From NCBI GenBank assembly GCA_964291675.2, contig OZ219865.1:800001-864000 (forward strand): a stretch of 64,000 nt of DNA. Reading direction: 5' to 3'. The translations under genes were made by a program, and so were the position numbers. Source of the stretch: Alphaproteobacteria bacterium (GTDB lineage: Bacteria > Pseudomonadota > Alphaproteobacteria > MPNO01). This document shows, one piece after another, positions 29,331 through 39,600 of this stretch (positions are counted from its first letter, which is position 1; the number at the start of each line of letters is the position of its first letter). Below the pieces are notes generated by a model. That model searched no databases. It was not told the origin of the DNA and saw only the letters and a program-made list of their open reading frames with translations.

Positions 29331-29514
29331 GGTGGAGGCGGCGACGCGTGAGCGTTCCGTTTATCGGTGATGTGGTTCCCGAGATATAAACTGCTTCCGG
29401 CGGTCGGCTCCGCACCCCGTACTGTGCCCGGCCCGCGGCCGTGGACGCGCGGCAAATCGAACCGCACCCGCTCGACGGGTGCGTGTCCTTCCGACCGCTG
29501 TCCCCGCCTCCACC
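29331..29514 (+). ncRNA. Candidate IS110 bridge RNA in the left non-coding end
   Basis: 11-bp closing helix 29331-29341/29504-29514, inner helices 29400-29407/29491-29498 and 29463-29470/29476-29483; ~184 nt, upstream of the recombinase. Confidence 0.6.
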
Positions 29515-29575
29515 GTGGCGATGCCACGGCGCGATCCTACGCCGCCGTGGCGAGAGCGCAACGAGGAGGACAGCG

Positions 29576-30826
29576 ATGAAGACGGAAGGCTTGCACGTCG
29601 TGCGGCCGCGCGCGGCGGGTCTGGACGTGCACAAGATGGAGATCACCGCGACGGTTCGCCTGTGCGAGGGCGAGGGCGAGCCGGTGGTGGAGACGCGCTG
29701 CTTCAGCTCGCTTCCGAGCGGTCTGGCGGAGATGGTCGCCTGGCTGACCGGTCGCCGCGTCGAGGCCGCTGTCATGGAAGGGACCGGGATCTACTGGCAG
29801 GCGCCCTTCGCGGCGGTGGAGGCGGCGGGGATCGAAGCGATCCTGGTGCACGCGCGTCAGGTCAAGCAGTTGAAGGGGCGCAAGACCGATGTCGCCGACA
29901 GCGTGTGGCTGGCCTGCGTGTGCCAGTTCGGGCTCTGCACGCCTTCCCATGTTCCCCCCGAGCCGTTCCGGGAGCTGCGCTCGCTGAGCCGCCAGCGGCG
30001 TACCCTGGTCAGGCAGCGCTCGACCGTGCGCAACCGGGTGCAGAAGATCGTCGACCGCGCCGGCCTGCGCATCGGCGGCATCCTCTCCGACGTCTTCGGC
30101 GTCAACGGCCGCAAGATCCTCGACGGGCTGGCGCAAGCCACGCCGCGCGCGGTCATCCTCGCCTCGCTCACCGGCCACGTCGCCAACAAGCTGGAGGGGC
30201 TCGGCGAGGCGCTCTCCCTGAGCCTGGGCGACAACGACCGCTTCATGCTCGGCGATCTGCTGGACGAGCATGACGCGCTCGAGGCGCGCATCGCGTCCTA
30301 CGGCGAGAAGATCGACCGGCAGATGACGCCGTGGCAGGAACAGCTCCGCCTGCTGACCACCATCCCCGGCATCGACCGCATCGCCGCCTCGACCATCCTG
30401 ATCGAGATCGGCCCGGATATCGAGGCGTTCGCCTCCAAGCAGCACTTCGCCGCCTGGGCCGGGCTCTGCCCCGGCAACAACGAAAGCGGCGGAAAGCGCC
30501 GCAACGCGCGCACCCGAAGGGGCTCCAAGACGCTGCGCGCCAGCCTCGTCGAATGTGCCCACGGCGCGGCCCGAACCAAGGGGTGCCAGTTCGAGGCCCA
30601 CCACCGCGCGCTCGCCGCCCGGCGCGGATACAAGCGCGCCATCGTGGCCAGCGCACACAAGATGCTGCGCATCGTTTATGTCGTGCTCAAGACCGGCAGG
30701 CCCTACTACGACCGCACCGCCGACTACGACGCGCTGATGGTCAAGCGCAACGCCCCGCGCTGGATCCGAATGCTCCGCCGCTACGGCTACATCCAACCCC
30801 GGCGCGCCGAACCCAAGGCCACCTGA
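29576..30826 (+). CDS. IS110 family DEDD recombinase/transposase
   Basis: GLDVHK, MEGTG, KTDVAD (DEDD), TIPGI, GLCPGNNESGGK (catalytic Ser), KRAIVASAHK; GAGGAGG SD. Confidence 0.96.
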   Translation: MKTEGLHVVRPRAAGLDVHKMEITATVRLCEGEGEPVVETRCFSSLPSGLAEMVAWLTGRRVEAAVMEGTGIYWQAPFAAVEAAGIEAILVHARQVKQLKGRKTDVADSVWLACVCQFGLCTPSHVPPEPFRELRSLSRQRRTLVRQRSTVRNRVQKIVDRAGLRIGGILSDVFGVNGRKILDGLAQATPRAVILASLTGHVANKLEGLGEALSLSLGDNDRFMLGDLLDEHDALEARIASYGEKIDRQMTPWQEQLRLLTTIPGIDRIAASTILIEIGPDIEAFASKQHFAAWAGLCPGNNESGGKRRNARTRRGSKTLRASLVECAHGAARTKGCQFEAHHRALAARRGYKRAIVASAHKMLRIVYVVLKTGRPYYDRTADYDALMVKRNAPRWIRMLRRYGYIQPRRAEPKAT

Positions 30827-30996
30827 CCGGCCCGCATAACGCCGGACCGCCGCGCGGGACCGCTTCGGGCCACATCGGGGAAGTCCACCGCTCGTCTCGC
30901 CGCCCCCTTCCGGCGATCTCAGCCAACTCCCTCCCGGCGTTGGATGGGGCCCTCGCGCGCCCCCACCGAAACTGTTTCACGGCAACCGGACAGCAG

Positions 30997-31220
30997 TGGA
31001 TCGAGTCCGGGCATGACGATGGGGGGAGGCATGGCGCTGGGGCGGGCCGCGCCCGGCTCTCCATGCTCCTGCTCCTCCACCGCCACCACCACCCCGTCAT
31101 GGCCGGACTTGATCCGGCCATCCATGCGGCGTCTTCGCCTGCGAGGCGGCCGGGCGGGAGGGGCGGCGCCAGTGGGTGCCCGGATCACCCCCGGACTTGA
31201 TCCGGGGGCCGGGGCATGAC
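30997..31220. repeat. Family A palindrome cluster right of the IS
   Basis: Units at 30997-31017, 31096-31125 and nested 31173-31220. Confidence 0.88.
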
Positions 31221-31243
31221 GGTATGGTGGGCTGGCCGAAGCC

Positions 31244-31346
31244 CGTCCCTCCATACGGCCCTTCGGGCCTGCTCGGGATGAGGTGTTTTCGTGAAGGGCG
31301 CTCAACTCCTCCTGGGTAGCGCCCACAGGGCGCGTATCGAAGGACG
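31244..31346. repeat. Degenerate family B palindrome pair
   Basis: CGTCCCTCCATACG..CTCGGGATGAGG / CTCCTGGGTAG..GTATCGAAGGACG. Confidence 0.8.
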
Positions 31347-31414
31347 CCGCGCTTCCATCCCGAACCGACACGCCCTAGACTCCGCCGCCCGAGCGACATC
31401 CCGGAGGCGGAGCC

Positions 31415-32476
31415 ATGACGTCGCATGTGCTGGGCGGTGCGTTCGTTCCCCATGCGCCGCAGTTCTTCACCATGCCGGAGACCGAGGACCCCGACACGGT
31501 GGCGCGGGTGCGCGAGGTCGCCGGGCGGATCGGCGCGGCGCTGGCAGCGCTCAGGCCGGATGTCTGGATCGTGATCGCCAACGACCACGTCAACCAGTTC
31601 TTCCTGCACTGCACGCCGGCCTTCGCGCTGCACACCGGCGCCGAGGTCAGGGGCTCGTTCGCCGGGCGCGAGTTCCGCTACGAGGTGGCGAGCGCCACCG
31701 CGCACGGGCTGATCCGCCACCTCCAGTCCGAGGGGTTCGACCCCGCCTTCACCTCGACCGCCGAGATCGACTACGCCTTCGGCATCCCGCTCGCCCATCT
31801 CGGCGTCGACGCGCCGATCGTGCCGCTCTACGTCAACGCCTATGTGCCGCCGCAGCCCTCGATGGAGCGCTGCTACGGCTTCGGCCAGGCGCTGGCCCGG
31901 GCGCTGGCGGCGATCGACGTGCGCGCGGTGGTGATCGCGAGCGGCGGCATGTCGCATTTCCCGGGCACCGAGCGCTACTCCGAGCCCGACCTCGAATTCG
32001 ACAAGGCGCTGCTGGAGCCGCTCGGCCGCGGCCAGCTCCGCGCCCTGCTCTCCTTCGACGAGACGCGGCTCGATGCGACCGGCAATGTCGAGCTGCGCTG
32101 CTGGGCGATCGGCGCCGGGGCGCTCGGCGAGCGGGTGCCGGACGTGGTCCAGCTCGACCCGAGCTGGCACCACATCTACGGCTCGCTCGGCTTTCTCACA
32201 CCGCGCGCCGAACCCGCCGGCACGCCGCACTACCCGCCGGTCCATGCCGAGCGGGTCGAGCTCACCCGCATCCTGCATCTGCTCTCGAACAGCGCCAGCG
32301 AGCGGGCGCGCTATGTCGGCGACCCCGCGGGCTATGCCGCCGCGGCCGGGCTCGGCGCCGACGAGACCGAGGCGCTTGCCGAACTCGACATGGAGCGCAT
32401 GCGCGCGCTCGGCGTCCACCCGATGGTGCCCTTCCTGACCCGGCTGCAGATCGACCACGAACGGGCGGGCCGATGA
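31415..32476 (+). CDS. Class III extradiol dioxygenase, LigB domain fused to C-terminal LigA-like domain
   Basis: PHAP, NDH, SGGMSH, GNVELRCW; tail ERARYVGDPAGYAAAAGL..LGVHP is LigA-like. Confidence 0.82.
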   Translation: MTSHVLGGAFVPHAPQFFTMPETEDPDTVARVREVAGRIGAALAALRPDVWIVIANDHVNQFFLHCTPAFALHTGAEVRGSFAGREFRYEVASATAHGLIRHLQSEGFDPAFTSTAEIDYAFGIPLAHLGVDAPIVPLYVNAYVPPQPSMERCYGFGQALARALAAIDVRAVVIASGGMSHFPGTERYSEPDLEFDKALLEPLGRGQLRALLSFDETRLDATGNVELRCWAIGAGALGERVPDVVQLDPSWHHIYGSLGFLTPRAEPAGTPHYPPVHAERVELTRILHLLSNSASERARYVGDPAGYAAAAGLGADETEALAELDMERMRALGVHPMVPFLTRLQIDHERAGR

Positions 32477-32503
32477 TCCATACCGGCCTGGCGGCGGGTC
32501 GAG

Positions 32504-32590
32504 TGGATGGCCGGAACACCCCCGGACTCGTTGCGGGGGCCGGCTCTCCATGCGCCGCCCGTGGATGGCCGGATCGAGCCCGGCCATGAC
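32504..32590. repeat. Family A palindromes
   Basis: Nested variant plus GGATGGCCGGATCGAGCCCGGCCATGAC. Confidence 0.8.
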
Positions 32591-32635
32591 GTGCGGGGGC
32601 CGCGTCGAAGGACCGCCCGCGAGGGGTCCGCGGCG

Positions 32636-33802
32636 ATGATCTGGACCGGCCTCGCGGCCGCCGCGCTGGCCGCCTGGCTGGGGCTGCTGGCCGGGCGGGG
32701 CGGGTTCTGGCGCGCGACCCCGCGGCTCGACGGGGCGGGCGACGCCCCTCCCCCGCCCGCTTCCTGGCCGGCGGTCGCCGCCGTGGTGCCGGCGCGGGAC
32801 GAGGCGGAGACGGTCGGCGCGGCGGTGGCGTCGCTGGCGGCGCAGGACTACCCGGGCGCGTTCTCGGTCGTGGTGGTGGACGACGGCAGCGGCGACGGAA
32901 CGGCGGAGATCGCGCGCGCCGCCGGGGCGGGCGCCGATGTCGCGGTTCTGCCCGCGGGCGCGCTGGCCGAGGGCTGGAAGGGCAAGGTCTGGGCGCTCGC
33001 GCGCGGCCTCGCCCATGTCGCGGAGACCCGGCCGGATGTCCGCTTTCTGTGGCTGACCGATGCCGACATCGTGCACCAGCCGGACATGCTGCGCGCGCTG
33101 GTCGCGGACTCCGAGGCGCGCCGGCTCGACCTCCTCTCGCTGATGGTGCGGCTGCGCGCAAAATCGTTCTGGGAGCGGCTGCTGATCCCGCCCTTCGTGC
33201 TGTTCTTCCGCAAGCTCTACCCCTTCGCCTGGGTCAACGACCCGAGGCGGCGGACCGCCGCGGCGGCGGGCGGCTGCGTGCTGCTCAGACGCGGCGCGCT
33301 GGAGCGGATCGGCGGGATCGGGGCGATCCGCGACGCGCTGATCGACGACATCGCGCTGGCCAGCGCGGTGAAGCCGGGCGGGCCGATCCGCATCGCGCTC
33401 ACCGCGGGCTCGCGCTCGATCCGGCGCTACCCCGGGCTCGGGCCGATCTGGTCGATGGTGGCGCGCTCGGCCTTCGACCAGCTCGGCCATTCCGCGCTCG
33501 CGCTGGCGCTCACCGTGCTCGGCATGGCGTTCGCCTATCTCCTGCCGCCGGCCGCCGTGATCGCGCTGCCGCTGCACGGCGAGCCTCTGGCCGCCGGGCT
33601 CGGCGCCGCCGCCTGGTTCGCGATCGCGTTCGCCGCCGCGCCCACCTGCCGCCTCTACGGCCGGAACCCGCTCGCCGGGTTCGCCCTGCCGGTTGCGGCG
33701 GCGCTGTTCACCGCCATGACCGTCGATTCGGCGCGCCGGCACTGGACCTGCGGCAGCGTCTGGAAGTCGCGCGTCTACGCCGCCGGGCGGGGCGATGGCT
33801 GA
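32636..33802 (+). CDS. hpnB: Hopene-associated glycosyltransferase
   Basis: VVPARDEA, VDDGSGDGT, WKGKVWA, TDADI, AAAGGC, LIDD, WSMVARSA; adjacent to hpnC. Confidence 0.88.
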   Translation: MIWTGLAAAALAAWLGLLAGRGGFWRATPRLDGAGDAPPPPASWPAVAAVVPARDEAETVGAAVASLAAQDYPGAFSVVVVDDGSGDGTAEIARAAGAGADVAVLPAGALAEGWKGKVWALARGLAHVAETRPDVRFLWLTDADIVHQPDMLRALVADSEARRLDLLSLMVRLRAKSFWERLLIPPFVLFFRKLYPFAWVNDPRRRTAAAAGGCVLLRRGALERIGGIGAIRDALIDDIALASAVKPGGPIRIALTAGSRSIRRYPGLGPIWSMVARSAFDQLGHSALALALTVLGMAFAYLLPPAAVIALPLHGEPLAAGLGAAAWFAIAFAAAPTCRLYGRNPLAGFALPVAAALFTAMTVDSARRHWTCGSVWKSRVYAAGRGDG

Positions 33803-34658
33803 GCGCGCCGCCGCGGACGCCCTGGAAGCGCCTTCCGGCAAGTGGTCGGGCGACGAGAACTTTCCGGTCGGCTCGTGGCTGCTGCCGGCCCGGCTGCGCC
33901 CGCACATCGCGGCCTACTACGCCATCGCGCGGACCACCGACGACATCGCCGACGACCCGGACCTGCTGCCGGAGGAGAAGATTCGACGGCTGGACGTCTT
34001 CGCCGCCGCGGTCGTCGGGGAGGCGGCGCCCGGGCCGGTCCCGGCGAGCGCGGCGCGCATGCGGGACAGCCTGGCCGCCACCGGGCTCGGGCCGCGCCAC
34101 GTGCTCGACATCATCGCCGCCTTCAGGCAGGACGCGACCAAGCGGCGCTACGCCTCGTGGGACGAGCTGATGGGCTATTGCAACCTGTCGGCGGCGCCGG
34201 TCGGGCGCTACGTCCTGGACCTGCACGGCGAGGACCGCGCCACCTGGGCCGTATCCGACCCGCTCTGCAACGCGCTCCAGGTGCTCAACCATCTGCAGGA
34301 TTGCCGCGACGACTACCTTGCGCTCGGCCGGGTCTATCTGCCCGAGCCCTGGCTGGCGGCGGCGGGGATCGGCGCCGACGCGCTGGCCGCCGAGCGTGCC
34401 GGCGCGGGCTTGCGCGCGGTGCTCGACCGCATGCTCGACGGCGTCGACGGGCTGATGGCAGAGGCCCGCCTGCTGCCGGGCGCGGTGCGCAGCCGGCGGC
34501 TCGCGATGGAGACCGCGGTCATCGTCCGCCTCGCCGGGCGCCTCACGGCGCTGCTGCGCGACGGCGACCCTCTCGCCCGCCGTGTCGCGCTCACCCGCCG
34601 GGACTTCGCCCGCGCCACCCTCGCCGGCGCCATCGGCGGCCTGGTGCTGCGCCGCTGA
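33795..34658 (+). CDS. hpnC: Squalene synthase HpnC
   Basis: ENFPVGS, DDIAD, AFRQD, SAAPVGR, LQVLNHLQD, RVYLP. Confidence 0.93.
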   Translation: MAERAAADALEAPSGKWSGDENFPVGSWLLPARLRPHIAAYYAIARTTDDIADDPDLLPEEKIRRLDVFAAAVVGEAAPGPVPASAARMRDSLAATGLGPRHVLDIIAAFRQDATKRRYASWDELMGYCNLSAAPVGRYVLDLHGEDRATWAVSDPLCNALQVLNHLQDCRDDYLALGRVYLPEPWLAAAGIGADALAAERAGAGLRAVLDRMLDGVDGLMAEARLLPGAVRSRRLAMETAVIVRLAGRLTALLRDGDPLARRVALTRRDFARATLAGAIGGLVLRR

Positions 34659-35037
34659 CTGAATTCGTTCGCAAAGATATTCCTGCAAATCATTGCTTAT
34701 AGGGAATTTCATGGTTTTGACCGGTGCCTGGCGATCGGCCGCCATGGACCGGTGACCGCGGAGCGGGCAAGGCGCATCGCCCACGAGACGCCGGGCAAGG
34801 TCGCCGCCGGGGAGGATCCGGCGGAGGGCCGCGCCCGGTCGCCCAGTGGCGCGCGACGCCGCCCTCGTTCATGAGATCGACGGCTTCGACCGGCGGGCAG
34901 ACGCTCCTGACTTTCGACTTCCGGGGTTCTCAGGGTAGAGTCAGCGAGTTCTTGCTCTTTTGAACGCCGGCGTTAGTCTATATTACGTTGGACGGTCGAA
35001 AGGCCTAACACTTTGTGGAAACTGGAGGCTCACCATT

Positions 35038-35268
35038 ATGTCAGCTACAGAAGACCGTGTCAGAGAACTGTTCCGCCAACATTTGGACGCCGATCGCGAT
35101 CCGGATTTTAGTGTCGGATTGGGCGATTCGGGGATCTCGTCGATGGACGCGGTCAAATTCGTCAAGGAGGTCGGAGACGCGTTCAACGTGGAGATGCGCG
35201 CCGAGGACGTTTCGGAATTCCAGACCCTGGGGGACGTCGTCAGATATCTGGATACCCACGCCAGTTGA
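35038..35268 (+). CDS. Free-standing acyl carrier protein (SupB-like)
   Basis: 76 aa acidic; DSGISSMDAV Ppant helix, FQTLGDVV; GGAGG SD. Confidence 0.82.
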   Translation: MSATEDRVRELFRQHLDADRDPDFSVGLGDSGISSMDAVKFVKEVGDAFNVEMRAEDVSEFQTLGDVVRYLDTHAS

Positions 35269-35678
35269 TCGTCCCGGGTTAGGATATAGCCTGGGGGAAT
35301 CCATACCGGTGAAGCCGAGCACCCCGTTTTCCGGGGTGCTCGGCGCGTTGGGGGCAGGGACGCCCGGAGATGGCGGGTGTCGCAGAGGCGCCGAACGCTT
35401 CCGGTAGACCGGCACGTCACAGCGGTTCCGGCGCGCTGTCGTCTGTTCCTTGACGACGCGAAAGCCCTCTCCCTCTTTGCCGATCCCGAGTTGCAAGGAT
35501 CTTGGGGGACCGAAGCTCCGGATTGGCTCGAACATCCGGAGCATGCACGCTTGCGGGGCTTCCGGCATCCGCGGCTGAGGCACGGCTTTCCCGCTCTGCC
35601 GCGCGGCATTGGCCCGCTTCGGTTTCGTCGAGTCTTCCGCCCGGACGGTGAAGCCGAGGATCCCATGAAAGGACAACC

Positions 35679-36578
35679 GTGACTTCGGAGACGGTCTGGG
35701 AAATCCCCCAGCCGAATTCCGTGTGCGAGGTACACCTCCACGACGGATCGGTCACCACCGTGCGTCGTCACGGAAACCCATCCGGCCCCCGGCTGGTTCT
35801 AAGCCACGGCAACGGTCTTGCGATCGATCTCTACTATCCCTTCTGGTCATTGCTCGCCGACGATTTCGATGTGGTGGTCTACGACCTGCGAAACCACGGG
35901 TGGAACTCCGTTGGCGTTCGGCAAAACCACAATATTCCCATTCTGATGCATGACCACGATCTCGTTCTCGAAGCCGTGTTCCGTCGATACGGGGAACGGA
36001 CCACCGTCGGCGTGTTCCACTCGGTATCCGCTCTGATTTCGCTTCTGTCGTTTTCCAGGCGCTTCTCGGCGCAAATTCTCTTCGATCCTCCGCTGTGCAA
36101 GCCGACCGCGAACGAAGCGGAGTTCGATGCGGCCGTCGAGCGGCAGGCGGCACTGGTCCAACGGCGCGAATACCGGTTCCGGACGGAGGGGGAGTTCGCC
36201 GACTTCCTGGCGTACATGCGGGGCTTCAGGCGCGTGGTACCCGGGGTGCGCGAGCTCGTGGCCAGCACCACGCTTCGCCGATCCCCGGACGGGGAGGGTT
36301 TCGAGCTCCGATGTCCTCGGGAGTACGAAGCGCAGATCATGGAATACGTCAGGAGCTTCTCGCCGCTCATGGATCTGGAGGAGCTCTCCTGCCCGACCAA
36401 GGTCATCGGGGCCGACCCCACGCTGCCCAGCACGTACCTGCCGGCGTTCGACCTGAGCAAGATGCTGACCGTGGACTACGATTTCCTGCCCGAGTCGACC
36501 CACTTGCTCCAACTCGAGCAGCCGGCAAGATGCGCCGTGCTGCTCAAGGAGTTTCTCGCGAGCAATCGGATCGCCTAG
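35679..36578 (+). CDS. Alpha/beta hydrolase (possible PKS release enzyme)
   Basis: SHGNG oxyanion, YDLRNHG, FHSVS nucleophile elbow, THLLQLEQP His. Confidence 0.85.
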   Translation: MTSETVWEIPQPNSVCEVHLHDGSVTTVRRHGNPSGPRLVLSHGNGLAIDLYYPFWSLLADDFDVVVYDLRNHGWNSVGVRQNHNIPILMHDHDLVLEAVFRRYGERTTVGVFHSVSALISLLSFSRRFSAQILFDPPLCKPTANEAEFDAAVERQAALVQRREYRFRTEGEFADFLAYMRGFRRVVPGVRELVASTTLRRSPDGEGFELRCPREYEAQIMEYVRSFSPLMDLEELSCPTKVIGADPTLPSTYLPAFDLSKMLTVDYDFLPESTHLLQLEQPARCAVLLKEFLASNRIA

Positions 36579-36617
36579 GGCGGCGCCCGCCAGCGCGTAT
36601 GGTTGGCGGGCGAGAGA

Positions 36618-39600
36618 CTACGTCTTCGGCGCATCGACCCAATGGCGCCGGCGCTCGAACGGATAGCCCGGCACCGGGATGCGGCGCCGCGTCTCTCCCG
36701 CGAAGAGCCCGGCGAACGCGATCGGGAGCCCCGCCTCGTAGGCGCGGGCCACCGCCTGCACGAACCCGGCATCGACCTCCGGCGCAGCTCCCGGACCCGT
36801 CAGCACGACCGGCCCGCCAGCGCCATTCCCCGCCGCTACCGCGGCGCCCGCGGAGTCCGGCCAGTGAGAGGCGATCATCGGGCCGATCGACCCGCGAGGA
36901 CCGATCTCCACAACCGCCCCCACCCCCCGCTCCGCCAGCGTCCGGATGCATTGCCCGTGCGCGGCGGGCTCGCGCGGGTGTCGCAGTCCGAACGCCGTTT
37001 CAAGCATCTCTTCGGACCCCGTCACCCGGCCCGTGACGCCGCTCACCAGCGCGATGGTCGGTGGCCTGGGCACAAGTCCCGCGAGTGCCGCGTCGATACC
37101 GTCTGCCGCGCCGGCGGTTTTCGCCGTCTCCCGCGCCACGGCCAGCAGGAGCCCTTCTTCGAGGCCCAGCGCCCCAGCCGCATGTGCCGCCGCCAGCTCG
37201 CCCACGCCGAAACCGACAACCGCGCTCGGCCGGACTCCCACGCTCGACCACAGCGCGGTGAGCGCACACTGAAACGCATAGAGCGCCGGGTCGTCGAGCG
37301 TTCGCTCCGGGCCGGATTCGCCGGACAGCCAGTCGAGCAGCGACGCGCCGCGTTGCTCGCGAAGGACCGCCTCGCAGCGGTCGAAGAGCGCCCTCGCGAC
37401 CGGCTCGCCGCGATAGAGCGCTTGCGCCGCGGCAGCCGCATCGTCGCCCTCGCCGGGGTACGCGAACGCCGTCTTCGCCGGCTCGCAACCGTCTGGCCCG
37501 TTCGACCTGTCCGCGATCGCGCTCAAGCTCGCGTGGAGCGACGCCGCATCGTGAAAGACGACGCCGGCGCGGTGAGGGAAGTGGCTGCGGCCGATTCCGG
37601 CCGTCCACGCCATGTCGGCGAGCAACGACTCCGACGCGGACGGGAGGTTCGCCGCCGCCCCGTTGCGCTCGTCGAGCCAGGAGAGATACCGCCCGGCAAG
37701 CGTTCGCAAGGCGCCGTCCGACTTCCCCGAAAGCGGCAGGAGCCGAACCGCGCGCAAGCCGTCCGATTCCGTTACCGGCGCGTGGTCCCGGCCGGGATCG
37801 GGGAGAGAAATCGCGACCGTGCCCGGAGCCCCTTGCGGAGACGCCGCATCGACGGATCCATCGGTTCCGTTCGTCGCCCCGTATCCTTCCACCACGAGGT
37901 GCGCGTTCGAGCCGGAGATCCCGAAAGCGCTCACCGCCGCTCGGGGTGGCCGGCTACCGTCGAGGGGCCAGCCCGTCGGTTCCGAAGTCACCCGAACGGG
38001 AAGCCGGTCCCAGTCCAAATGCGGATTCGGCGCCTCGAAGTGCAGGTGTTTCGGGATCACGCCGCGGCGCATCGCGAGGACGACCTTGATGATCCCCGCG
38101 ACGCCCGCCGCCGCCTCGAGATGACCGATGTTGGTCTTGACCGTTCCCATCAACAGCGGGCGGGCGGGGTCTCGCCCCTCGCCGTAGACCGCCGCCGCCG
38201 CCTGCACCTCGATGGGATCCCCGAGCGCCGAGGCGGTGCCGTGCGCCTCGAGGTAATCCACCTCCGCAGGGGCGATCCCGGCCCGGGACAGGGCGTCCTC
38301 GATCACCGCCTCCTGGGCCGGCCCGTTCGGAACCGTCAGGCCTGCGCTCGCACCGTTGTGGTTCACGGCCGTTCCGCGAACGACCGCCCAAATGGGGTCG
38401 CCATCCGCCTCGGCGTCGGCGAGACGCTTGAGGACGACAATTCCGCAGCCCTCGCCGCGCACGTAACCGTCCGCGGCCGCATCGAAGGCTCTGCATTGTC
38501 CGGTCGAAGACAGCATGCCGACTTCGACGAAGAATTTGGTGATCGCGGAGGACAGGATCGCGTTGACTCCGCCTGCGAGTGCGAGGTTCACCTCGCCTCG
38601 ATGCAACGCCGAGACGGCCTCGTGCACCGCGGCGAGCGACGATGCGCAGGTCATGTCGAAGGGGATCGCCGGACCCATGAGCCCCAGCGCGAAGGCGACC
38701 CGCCCGGCGGCCACGCTCCCCGCTGTCTCGAGAACCGCGATATCCCTTCCGCTCCTGGCGATCACCTCCCGATACTCGGAGCCGCTGATCCCGACATACA
38801 CACCGGTGCGGCTGCCTTCCAGCCCGCCGGCGTCGATTCCCGCGTCCTCGAGCGCCTGCCAGCTCGTTTCGAGCAGCATCCGTTGCTGAGGGTCCACGGT
38901 CCGCGCCTCGATCGGCCGCATCCCGAAGAACCGTGCATCGAACTCGTCGATACCCGCGACAAATCCTCCGTACCGGAACGCCGCATTGTCGAAACCGGGG
39001 TCTTCGCCGGGAACCGGCTGAACAGCGGAGTCGGGCCGTCGGTCGGCGACCGCGTCGATGCCCGCCTCGAGTTGATTCCAGAACTCGGTGAGACCGCTGG
39101 CGCCGGGGAACCGGCAAGCCATGCCGACGATCGCGATCCCGTCGCGTTCGGCGGCGCGATTGTCGGCATGGGTTGGCGGCGGCCGCCGGTCGGGCCTTCG
39201 GCGGCGCGGCCGCTCAACCGGTCGCGCAGCCGTCTCGGCTGCGCCGCCCGCGCCGAGCTCTCCCAGCTCGCCTGCCAGGAATTGCGCGAGGGCGGCCGTG
39301 TGGGGATAGTCGAACATCACCGTGTTCGATGCGGTATAGACCCCGGCCAATCCCCGGTTCAGGCGGTTGCGCAGCTCCACCGCCATCAGCGAATCCATCC
39401 CGAGATCGAAGAATCTCGCGGTCGGGGACGGCGGCGACGATAGACGCAGCACCGCCTGCAACTCCTCCCGGAGGAAGGAGGCCAGCACGTCTTCCCGTTC
39501 CCCGGCGGGCACCGCCCGGAGCCGGGACAGGAGATCGTTCTCCGGAGCGGCCGCCGCGGGCTCGGCCTCGGCCGGAGTCCGGGTCATGAGATCTTCCAGG

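Larger units (their letters stand above)
29223..30988 (+). mobile_element. IS110-family insertion sequence
   Basis: IS110 recombinase; no terminal IRs seen; AACCG at both junctions (29223-29227, 30984-30988); joining flanks gives ATCTAAACCGGACAGCAGTGGATC, resembling the uninterrupted ATCCAGACCGGACAGCAGTGGATC at 14461-14484. Confidence 0.8.

Noticed and set aside
35269-35678. PPTase gene expected in a sup cluster
   Set aside because: No frame shows PPTase motifs; treated as intergenic
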